A stretch of DNA of 64,000 nt from Mucilaginibacter sp. (GTDB lineage Bacteria > Bacteroidota > Bacteroidia > Sphingobacteriales > Sphingobacteriaceae). Where the stretch lies: positions 523,403 through 587,402 of the forward strand of contig DASZMQ010000014.1 of the NCBI GenBank assembly GCA_035551775.1. The letters run 5' to 3'. The position numbers and the translations under genes were made by a program. Under the pieces are notes generated by a model, which made no database searches, had not been told where the DNA came from, and saw nothing but the letters and a program-made list of their open reading frames with translations. Positions 46,049-53,778 of the stretch are shown piece after piece; position 1 is the first letter of the stretch, and every line of letters starts with the position of its first letter.

Positions 46049-47125
46049 TTACGATTTATGCCTGCGATATTCGGAAGGGGTACTGTTTGTAAATTTTTTG
46101 AAAGCGGTATTGAATGTCGATTTGGAATTGAAGCCTACCCGGTAAGCTATCTCAAGAATGTTCGGTTGTTGGCCGCCGCTGTTCTTCATCAGGTTTTGAG
46201 CTTCTTCGATGCGATATTTATTGATGAAATCATTAAAATTATTACCCGCATTTTCATTGATCAGCTGTGAAAGCTGCTTGCCCGTAATACTAAGCTGCCT
46301 CGCCAGTTTATCGAGGCTCAGCAAGGGATCGAGGTAGAGTTTTTTATGGTCGAGTAAAGCCAGAAGTTCGTTGAAATGCTTATCCTTTACATTGCCGTTG
46401 AGCGATGACGATTGATACTTAAAATAATTGATCAGCTGTTCGGGGTTGAACAGGCCGTATAGCACCAGCATATTGATCAGGATGAACGAAAAAATAAAAA
46501 AGATCGCCGTTATAAATATGCAGATGTCAGCATAGCCGAGTACGTTCCAGGTAATGAATGTCAGCAGTTTGAAAACGAAAATAAAAATGATCCCTCCGAA
46601 CAAATAGCCGAACCATTTTGATTTGCCTGCCAACCCGTTTGTAAATGCACCTTTCTTTTCAACGTGCATTCGCCGCAGGTAAAATATACTCTGGATAAAA
46701 AGTCCTGCTATTAAGACCATGCCAAAGGGACGAAAAACAAAATTCCGGTTCAGCTGAAAAATGATCACATATGACATGATGGAAAAGATGATGGCAAACG
46801 GCACGATATGCCAAAGCGAACGGTAAGTAACCCTGAAATGCTGATCGATTAGCGAGCGGTAATAAAAGTAAAGCAAAGGAGGCGCCAGGAAAACGCTTAA
46901 AGTAGCGAGGTGCGCGTAGTAAATATGATGCCATCTGTAGAAGAAAAGCAGGAGAAATGTCCCGGTTAAGAAAACAATAAAGTCGACCATGAGCAAGGCC
47001 AGGATGATCCGGCTTTTTGCAATTCCCTTTTTTTGAAAGACAAGATAAAACGCAACCAGCACCGCCTGGAAAACGGCAATTATGTACAGTGCGCCAAGCA
47101 CAGTCTGGATAGTTTGGAACGGCAA
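46049..47125 (-). CDS. Membrane-anchored AraC-family transcriptional regulator
   Basis: About 230 aa with 6-7 TM segments, followed by the AraC HTH pair (..LARQLSITGKQLSQLINE.. and ..ILEIAYRVGFNSKSTFNTAFKKFTNSTPSEYRR). Confidence 0.8.
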   Translation of the reverse strand: MPFQTIQTVLGALYIIAVFQAVLVAFYLVFQKKGIAKSRIILALLMVDFIVFLTGTFLLLFFYRWHHIYYAHLATLSVFLAPPLLYFYYRSLIDQHFRVTYRSLWHIVPFAIIFSIMSYVIIFQLNRNFVFRPFGMVLIAGLFIQSIFYLRRMHVEKKGAFTNGLAGKSKWFGYLFGGIIFIFVFKLLTFITWNVLGYADICIFITAIFFIFSFILINMLVLYGLFNPEQLINYFKYQSSSLNGNVKDKHFNELLALLDHKKLYLDPLLSLDKLARQLSITGKQLSQLINENAGNNFNDFINKYRIEEAQNLMKNSGGQQPNILEIAYRVGFNSKSTFNTAFKKFTNSTPSEYRRHKS

Positions 47126-47265
47126 AGTTTTATCGGTTTATGTCAATATTTAAACCTCCTAAAAATACCAAATAAAATAGCAGTTTTATAACAAACAAAA
47201 ATCAGCAATAAACCTCATCCACTTTACTGACAACCGACTTCCGACCGCTGCCACTTTAATTCATA

Positions 47266-47299
47266 AATCCGAAATCGAACATCCGACATTCGAAATCCG
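47266..47299. repeat. AAATCCGAAATCG word array (complement orientation of TTCGGATTT words)
   Basis: aaatccgaaatcgaacatccgacattcgaaatccg, in the divergent spacer between the AraC and M28 peptidase genes. Confidence 0.65.
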
Positions 47300-47359
47300 T
47301 CAATCTGTAACATTCTCAATACACTAACCTTTCTGCGGCATATTTCCTAATTTAGTTGC

Positions 47360-48943
47360 ATGAAGCTTATTATGAAACCTATAGCCCTTTGCGGCATGCT
47401 TGCGGCGGCGCTCGGGACAGGCGCGGCACAGGCCCAAACCCAATCCAAGGATCCGGTTATCGACCAGATCGTTAAGGAAGAAACCGATAATTCGCAGCTC
47501 AAACAGATGGCGCACGAACTCTTCGACGGGATCGGGCCGCGTTTGGTAGGTTCGCCGCAAATGCAAAAAGCAGGTGACTGGGCCGTGGCCAAATACAAGA
47601 GCTGGGGCATCGACGCCCGCCTTGAAAAATGGGGCGACTGGCGCGGCTGGGAACGCGGCATTTCGCACATTGATATGGTTTCGCCGCGTGTGAAAACGCT
47701 GGAAGGTACACAACTGGCATGGAGCCCAAGTACGGGGAAGAAAACCGTCACCGCCGAAGTGGTTATACTGCCTGAAGTGGCCGACAGCAATGCCTTTAAA
47801 GCCTGGCTGCCATCTGTAAAAGGCAAATTCGTGATGATCAGCATGAACCAGCCAACGGGGCGTTCTGACGAGAACTGGAGGGATTATGGCACGAAGGAAG
47901 AGGTCGAAAAAAACAGGGAAGAACGCAGAAAAGCTGCTGCCGACTGGCGCGAGCGCATTCGTAAAACCGGCTATACTATGGGTGTCGTTTCAGGAACGCT
48001 GCCCCATGCGCTTGAAGAAGCGGGGGCGGTTGGCATAGTAACCTGCACCTGGTCAGCGGGTTTCGGCGTGGATAAAATATTCGAGGCCAACACGAAAAAA
48101 GTGCCCACGGTCGATGTTGGCCTGGAAGATTATACGCTGCTTTTCCGGCTGATCGAGTCGGGCGAAAAACCGGTGATCGCTATACATACCGAATCAAAAG
48201 AACTAGGCCCGATGCCGACTTTCAACGTCGTTGCCGAAATCAAGGGAACGGAAAAACCCAATGAATATGTAATTCTTTCGGCACACTTTGACTCGTGGGA
48301 TGGTGGAACAGGCGCTACAGACAACGGCACCGGCACGCTGACCATGATGGAAGCCATCCGTATCTTGAAAAAGGTTTATCCCAACCCAAAAAGGACCATT
48401 ATCGTAGGCGATTGGAGCAGCGAGGAAGAAGGTTTGAACGGTTCACGTGCATTTGTAGAAGATCACCCTGAGATCGTGAAAAATGTCCAGGCTGTTTTCA
48501 ACCAGGACAATGGCACCGGCCGCGTGGTTAATATGTCGGGCCAGGGTTTCCTGAATTCGTACGACTACCTTACCCGCTGGCTGTCACACGTGCCATCGAA
48601 TATCCGCGATTCCATAAAAACTACTTTCCCCGGCGCTCCGGGCCGCGGCGGATCGGATTTTGCCTCGTTCGTGGCGGCCGGCGCTCCTGCATTTTCGCTG
48701 GGGTCGCTTAGCTGGGATTATGGTGTTTACACCTGGCATACCAACCGCGATACCTACGACAAGATCGTATTCGACGAGGTGGAAAAAAATGCCATCCTGA
48801 CCGCGATTATGGCTTATGAAGCCAGCGAGGATCCGCAAAAAACATCGAATGAAAAAGCCGTATTGCCTCCGGACCGCAGAACCGGCGAACCAACCAAATG
48901 GCCCGAACCGGTTAAAGCGAACCGGCACGGCGGGTTTAATTGA
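47360..48943 (+). CDS. M28-family metallo-aminopeptidase with PA domain
   Basis: Signal peptide. Zinc-ligand blocks (LSAHFDSWDGGTGATDNGTG, EEEGLNGS, ...GGSDFASF). Confidence 0.85.
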   Translation: MKLIMKPIALCGMLAAALGTGAAQAQTQSKDPVIDQIVKEETDNSQLKQMAHELFDGIGPRLVGSPQMQKAGDWAVAKYKSWGIDARLEKWGDWRGWERGISHIDMVSPRVKTLEGTQLAWSPSTGKKTVTAEVVILPEVADSNAFKAWLPSVKGKFVMISMNQPTGRSDENWRDYGTKEEVEKNREERRKAAADWRERIRKTGYTMGVVSGTLPHALEEAGAVGIVTCTWSAGFGVDKIFEANTKKVPTVDVGLEDYTLLFRLIESGEKPVIAIHTESKELGPMPTFNVVAEIKGTEKPNEYVILSAHFDSWDGGTGATDNGTGTLTMMEAIRILKKVYPNPKRTIIVGDWSSEEEGLNGSRAFVEDHPEIVKNVQAVFNQDNGTGRVVNMSGQGFLNSYDYLTRWLSHVPSNIRDSIKTTFPGAPGRGGSDFASFVAAGAPAFSLGSLSWDYGVYTWHTNRDTYDKIVFDEVEKNAILTAIMAYEASEDPQKTSNEKAVLPPDRRTGEPTKWPEPVKANRHGGFN

Positions 48944-49000
48944 TAAAAAGAGGCCGTATCAAAAGTCGATTTCATTAAAAGGCTGCCAAATAATATTTGC

Positions 49001-49089
49001 CTCTGCGATCTCTGTGTTTCTGTCTCTGTGTTCCCTGTGGTAAAAATTTAACCACCGAGGACGCAAAGAAAGGCACAGAAGGCGCAGAG
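49001..49089. repeat. Imperfect ~40-nt inverted repeat made of CTCTGTG / CACAGAG words
   Basis: The left arm ctctgcgatctctgtgtttctgtctctgtgttccctgtggt and right arm accaccgaggacgcaaagaaaggcacagaaggcgcagag are largely complementary. The repeat is followed by TTTTT and lies between convergent genes. Confidence 0.6.
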
Positions 49090-49156
49090 TTTTTATGATG
49101 CAGAATATGATTTTGAGATATCCTTTTTGATTTTACTTTTGAGACGGCCCTCTTTT

Positions 49157-49828
49157 TTATTTTACCCGGTGACGGTAAAACCGGTCATCGTTATAGGATT
49201 CGTCCTTGTAAAATCCATCATCGCGATAACGATCCCTGTCCCGGTCTCTATCTCTGTCCCTCGCTCTTTCCGCATCTATATCTTCGGCCCTCGCTCTGTC
49301 CCTATCCCGGTCAACATCGCGGTCCCTCTCCCGTCCTATATCCCTGGTTCTTTCTCTGTCTATGTGCCTGTCTCTCTCGGCGGGTTCAAGTATTTTTCGG
49401 ATAGCAATTTCTACATGCGGCGACAGGTGGTTCTTCTCATATAAAGGCAGTTCGTCCAACTGGTCGGCGCTTACATCCGGGAGGAAAACTACATCACCGT
49501 CGCGCGCTGGATCATAAGCATCATATGCCGGATCCACGTCGCGCTGCGGATGATCATGCGAAGATTTAGTGTACAGTTCCGCCAGGCCGATGGGAATAAG
49601 CACTTCGCGGTCCTCCTCTATTCCCAATTCGTTATCATCCAGGTCGACCACGAGGTATCTTACCTTGCGGCTGCCGCGTTCGAAAAGCATATCAGCTATT
49701 TCGCCTACCTTCTTACCGCTTTCCGATTTGATATCCCAGCCGATAATATCCGGCTGACCGTCCACAAGCTCGAAGTCACTGTCATGAAGCTCCTCAAGGC
49801 GGTGCGTTATTCTTTCTTCAGTTGCCAT
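49157..49828 (-). CDS. PRC-barrel domain protein with Arg/Asp dipeptide-repeat C-terminal tail
   Basis: From ATG (complement of 49826-49828): MATEERITHRLEELHDSDFELVDGQPDIIGWDIKSESGKKVGEIADMLFE..VRYLVVDL is PRC-barrel-like. The tail is ERDRHIDRERTRDIGRERDRDVDRDRDRARAEDIDAERARDRDRDRDRDRYRDD. The track ORF to 49927 uses TTG and looks over-extended. Confidence 0.7.
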   Translation of the reverse strand: MATEERITHRLEELHDSDFELVDGQPDIIGWDIKSESGKKVGEIADMLFERGSRKVRYLVVDLDDNELGIEEDREVLIPIGLAELYTKSSHDHPQRDVDPAYDAYDPARDGDVVFLPDVSADQLDELPLYEKNHLSPHVEIAIRKILEPAERDRHIDRERTRDIGRERDRDVDRDRDRARAEDIDAERARDRDRDRDRDRYRDDGFYKDESYNDDRFYRHRVK

Positions 49829-49856
49829 AATTTTACTGTTAATAGATTGATTGATT

Positions 49857-50015
49857 TTATTTTGTTTTAGTGGTATCCGAATGGTTATTAAACACCATTT
49901 TGCCTGCGCCGTAGTTTCTCCAGGCAATAAATGCTATTACCGCTATAATAAGAATAATGATGATCCAGAGCCAGGCGTTATTGCGGCTCCTGGGCTTAAC
50001 TTCTAAATGTGCCAT
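49857..50015 (-). CDS. Possible 52-aa single-TM membrane peptide (below the ORF-track cutoff)
   Basis: My translation is MAHLEVKPRSRNNAWLWIIIILIIAVIAFIAWRNYGAGKMVFNNHSDTTKTK. It has a positive N-terminus followed by one clear TM segment. It ends 28 nt before the PRC-barrel gene start. Confidence 0.3.
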   Translation of the reverse strand: MAHLEVKPRSRNNAWLWIIIILIIAVIAFIAWRNYGAGKMVFNNHSDTTKTK

Positions 50016-50112
50016 GACCTGTTTTTCAATAGTGATGTACTATTAAAAACAAGTCTGTGTCAATAAGTTTTAAAAAAATTGAAGAAAAGCGGCGGCCACG
50101 GCTTCCCGGGTA

Positions 50113-50817
50113 TTAGCCGGTAATTTTGATATCCAATGCCGCAGCAGTAAGTGCGCTTACCTCGCCGTCGGGGTTGATTCCCACCGAATCCTGGAACAGC
50201 TTAACCGCGCGAAAAGTGAACTCGCCGAATATGTTATCTATCCCGTCGGTGTCGAAACCTCTTTTGGTGAGCGCAGTTTGTATCCGCCCCACATCGGGCG
50301 ATACCATGTACGGATGGGTGAGCCGGTAAATGGTAATAGAAGGCGGCCTGTAGGGTATGATTGGATTAGCGTGATAGGTCACCCCCGGTACCAGGATACC
50401 CATATCCCACCGCCTGCCGTCGACCACCGAATTCGTAATGCCGTCGTTTTTGCCGTGCGCTTCAACCGTGCCGCCATTCCCGTCAGATATAGCGATATGC
50501 CCCACGTCGCCGTTTCCGGCAAAACGCAGGATGGCGGCGCCGGGAGTGGCTTTAGCTCGTTCAACGGTGATAATTTGTCCTAAAGTTTTAGCATCGCGCG
50601 CCCACGAGCCGCTATAGGTTTCGGCAGTATGCGGATCGCCGTGGTCGTCGTCACAGCCGTAAAGAATTCCGAAAGTTTGATAGTAGAGCCAGGAGACGAA
50701 TTCGGCACAATCCCATGGCCCCTTATAGTTCGCATCGTCTTTTGGCACTTTTGCCCCTAATACATAGGGTTCGCCAACATGTTTATCACCTAACAGAACA
50801 ATGTCGTCGCCTGTCAT
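50113..50817 (-). CDS. NlpC/P60-like cysteine peptidase fused to a peptidoglycan-binding (PG_binding_1) domain, no signal peptide
   Basis: Candidate catalytic Cys in PWDCAEFVSW and His in GDVGHIAISDGNGGTVEAHG. The C-terminal DGIDNIFGEFTFRAVKLFQDSVGINPDGEVSALT fits the PGB1 repeat. The N-terminus MTGDDIVLLGDKHVGEP is not hydrophobic. Confidence 0.7.
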   Translation of the reverse strand: MTGDDIVLLGDKHVGEPYVLGAKVPKDDANYKGPWDCAEFVSWLYYQTFGILYGCDDDHGDPHTAETYSGSWARDAKTLGQIITVERAKATPGAAILRFAGNGDVGHIAISDGNGGTVEAHGKNDGITNSVVDGRRWDMGILVPGVTYHANPIIPYRPPSITIYRLTHPYMVSPDVGRIQTALTKRGFDTDGIDNIFGEFTFRAVKLFQDSVGINPDGEVSALTAAALDIKITG

Positions 50818-50978
50818 CCGGGGTATGGTTTAATTATTAAAGATAAATAAATTTTGGGCGCAAATTTATTATTAGCCAGGCAGTATTTATAATGAGGAGT
50901 ATAAAAAACATACCACTACCTGAGTTTTCAATTGGTATATATCCAAGGTATTGACAATGGGTATGCGTTTTAAAGAAA

Positions 50979-52310
50979 TTATTTATCCCTGGTAAAAAGA
51001 ATTTGCGCGCCACCCTGTTTTAAAATAAACTGACTTTTTGCTGGGTCGAATTCCAGCGACGCGCCAACCGCATCTGCGCTGAACTTATCCGGTGCCGTGG
51101 GCGCAAGCGGAAATTGCGGCTGTCCCGAGCCCTGCGCCATTAGGGTGGTCTTATCCTTCGTGATGGTGATCTTCAGGGCTATTTGAGTGCTGGAGTAGAC
51201 GCCTAGGTATTTATCGAGGTCTTCCGATTTCAGCGCGATCGTTTTAAAGTCGGGTAAAGCAAAGGGCTTATTGAAATAAATACTCAATGCTACATCGTTC
51301 ACCTGGCGGACATTATAAGAGCCGCCGTTCGAGCAATAAGCGAAGGCGAGTTTCTCATCCGGGAAATAGGTTAGTACCGACGTAAAACCATCTATGCCGC
51401 CGTTGTGACCATATCCTTTTTTTGCATCGAAATTCATTTCGAACATCGCCATACCGTAATTATCCCTCTGCGTCTTCATCAGGTTCAAATGATCCATACT
51501 GATCAGCTTACCGGCAAACAAAGCATCAATGAACCTCGTCAGATCAGACGGCGTTGACAAAATTGCTCCCGCGCCGCCCGGGATAGACATATCCGTTTCG
51601 GGCATTTGCGACCAACTACCGGCAAAGGAATATGAGTATGCCTCATTATTCTTCACCGAGGTTTTACCGCCGTAATAGGTATCCTTTAATTTCAATTTTG
51701 AAACAATGCGTTCCTTTAATTCTTCGGGATATGTTTTTCCAGTGATCTTTTCGATGACATAACCCAACAAAACAAAATTGGTGTTACTGTATTGAGCTTT
51801 GGTGCCGGGCTCAAAATCAGGCTGCTGCTTGGCAAAAACAGCCACCATTTCTGCTTCCGTACGTGGCTGCGTCATATATTGTCCGTAGGCAGGATCATTG
51901 GTAAAATTGTGCAGCCCGCTCCTGTGGTCAAGCATATTGCCGACGGTTATTTTTGTGGCGTTGGGCAATTCAGGGTACCAGGTTGACAGCGGAAGGTCAA
52001 GACTGAGTTTCCCTTCTTCGATCAGCTGAAATATCATAACGGCTGTAAACATTTTGGTTATTGAGCCGATCCTGTATTTGGTATGGATATCGGCTGTCAT
52101 TTTATCGTTCCCGTTTACAGACAGGTACCCAATCGCTTTATCATAAACGATCGCGCCGTTGACTGCAATTGCCAGGCTGCCCATTGCCTTATTGTTACTT
52201 TCAATGACAGCCATCAGGCTGTCGAGCCTGGGTTTATTGAGACTTTGCGCAATGGACAGATACGCCGCTGCTATTAAAACAAAAAATAACGGGGCCGATT
52301 TTTTGATCAT
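50979..52310 (-). CDS. Secreted serine hydrolase of the beta-lactamase fold
   Basis: Start at MIKKSAPLFFVLIAAAYLSIAQS (ATG at complement of 52308-52310). SxxK in YRIGSITKMFTA, and YSNTN (YxN). Confidence 0.8.
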   Translation of the reverse strand: MIKKSAPLFFVLIAAAYLSIAQSLNKPRLDSLMAVIESNNKAMGSLAIAVNGAIVYDKAIGYLSVNGNDKMTADIHTKYRIGSITKMFTAVMIFQLIEEGKLSLDLPLSTWYPELPNATKITVGNMLDHRSGLHNFTNDPAYGQYMTQPRTEAEMVAVFAKQQPDFEPGTKAQYSNTNFVLLGYVIEKITGKTYPEELKERIVSKLKLKDTYYGGKTSVKNNEAYSYSFAGSWSQMPETDMSIPGGAGAILSTPSDLTRFIDALFAGKLISMDHLNLMKTQRDNYGMAMFEMNFDAKKGYGHNGGIDGFTSVLTYFPDEKLAFAYCSNGGSYNVRQVNDVALSIYFNKPFALPDFKTIALKSEDLDKYLGVYSSTQIALKITITKDKTTLMAQGSGQPQFPLAPTAPDKFSADAVGASLEFDPAKSQFILKQGGAQILFTRDK

Positions 52311-52393
52311 TTTTTGGTGGTTTATTTTATTTGTGATGACCGGAAAGTGTATATCGAAACTCAATCATCTTTCGGGCTTCCTGGCTAAAAAAA

Positions 52394-53050
52394 TCATTCC
52401 AATATCTCAGCGATCTCCTTAAACCCTTTTTCACGCGCCACATCCGAAGGGAGCCTGCCACCTTCCATGCGCACGTTGGTTTCGGCACCGTGCTCAAGAA
52501 GCAGTATCAGCAGCTCGAGGTTGCCGTTCTGCGCAGCCGAGTGTAATGGGGTCGCCCCGGCCTGCTGGCGGACATTCACATTCGCGCCGTTATCAATCAG
52601 CATACGGACTATATCGGTATAGTTACCCGCGGCGGCGGAATGGATAGGAAAAACATGAAAGCCATTATTGGACGACAGGTTGACGTCGGCGCCTTTGAGC
52701 ACCAGGTAACGCGCCACTTCAAACTGCCCGAAATAGCAGGCCAGGCCGAGAGGTGTAAAGCCATCCTCCGCGTATTCGTTAACTGCATCTGGCTGGTTAT
52801 AAAGCAAGTGCGCCACTACATCGAACTTGCCTGCAGCGGAGGCTTCGAAAAGATTGATGTCGTCAGCATATTTCAGCAGCAATGCGGTAACGTCAGGCTT
52901 TTTGTAATAACAGGATAACATCAGCGGGGACACGCCTTGCGAAGTTTTGGTCTTCGCTAAAGCAGGGTTCTGCCCTAAAAGAACGCTTATATTTTCCAGG
53001 TCGCCCGACGCGATGTATTCTTCCAGCAATTCGACACTCATACCCTTCAA
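52394..53050 (-). CDS. Ankyrin-repeat protein
   Basis: Five or six ANK units (GVSPLMLSCYYKKPDVTALLLKYADDIN, GFTPLGLACYFGQFEVARYLVLKGADVN, GATPLHSAAQNGNLELLILLLEHGAETN). No signal peptide. Confidence 0.85.
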   Translation of the reverse strand: MKGMSVELLEEYIASGDLENISVLLGQNPALAKTKTSQGVSPLMLSCYYKKPDVTALLLKYADDINLFEASAAGKFDVVAHLLYNQPDAVNEYAEDGFTPLGLACYFGQFEVARYLVLKGADVNLSSNNGFHVFPIHSAAAGNYTDIVRMLIDNGANVNVRQQAGATPLHSAAQNGNLELLILLLEHGAETNVRMEGGRLPSDVAREKGFKEIAEILE

Positions 53051-53133
53051 TTATACTAAAAAATTTGGCCGGAATAGCGTTTTGGTGGATAAATTCCGAG
53101 GGTGTGGATAAAGTTATCCTCAAAATAAAGAGA

Positions 53134-53616
53134 CTATTTCTTTGAAAAGACGATGACCCTGCCCAGGTCCGGATCATCGTTCGTTATCATTAGCCCGTAT
53201 GGAGGTGAGTCACCGGTAAATCCGATCGTTGCCAGGTCATCAGGCATGTTAGTTAAGACAACGCCCCAATTCCATTTTTCGTGACCAATACCGTTGTCCA
53301 CGCCGCCAACAACATCAATGTTCCATTTACCTTTTGAGGATATTAGGCTCTGCGGAGAAACATATTTTCCGGTATCACCCAAAAAGTTGGGCAAATTACT
53401 TACAATAAAAGTCCCATCAGCTATAAGCTTAATGCAGGCAGCTGAGTCTGCTTTACTTAGTTCTTTTTCATTTACAGTTTGTTTTGTCAAGCGGTAAGTG
53501 CCCAATACATCGGTAAACCTGGGTCGTTTTGTGGTAAGGTCGCCTGCAAAAGGGTCATATTGGCAGCTTGCGAAAAGACATAAAACCAGAATTGTGACAG
53601 GACTTAAGAGCTTCAT
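53134..53616 (-). CDS. Small lipoprotein, function unknown
   Basis: Lipobox LFASCQY. 160 aa, beta-rich. No recognisable motif. Confidence 0.5.
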   Translation of the reverse strand: MKLLSPVTILVLCLFASCQYDPFAGDLTTKRPRFTDVLGTYRLTKQTVNEKELSKADSAACIKLIADGTFIVSNLPNFLGDTGKYVSPQSLISSKGKWNIDVVGGVDNGIGHEKWNWGVVLTNMPDDLATIGFTGDSPPYGLMITNDDPDLGRVIVFSKK

Positions 53617-53660
53617 ACAGCGAAAATAATAATTATCCTACGCCTTCAGCAAAGCCCATC

Positions 53661-53694
53661 TTCCGGAATTTCGGACTTACGCGGGCTTTCGGAC
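53661..53694. repeat. TTCGGACT word array upstream of ftsK
   Basis: ttccggaatttcggacttacgcgggctttcggact, 85-118 nt upstream of the ftsK ATG. Confidence 0.6.
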
Positions 53695-53778
53695 TATCAA
53701 ATAATTGTTAGCTCAACAGTACCCGGTATTGGTTAAATCTGTTAACTTTACGGTTGCGTTAAGAGCGCAAATGTAAGG

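Noticed and set aside
49200-49400. Degenerate short DNA repeats (tccctgtcccggtctctatctctgtccctcgctc...) considered as a CRISPR-like or minisatellite array
   Set aside because: The periodicity is that of the RD/ER dipeptide codons inside an open reading frame contiguous with a PRC-barrel domain. There is no repeat-spacer organisation.
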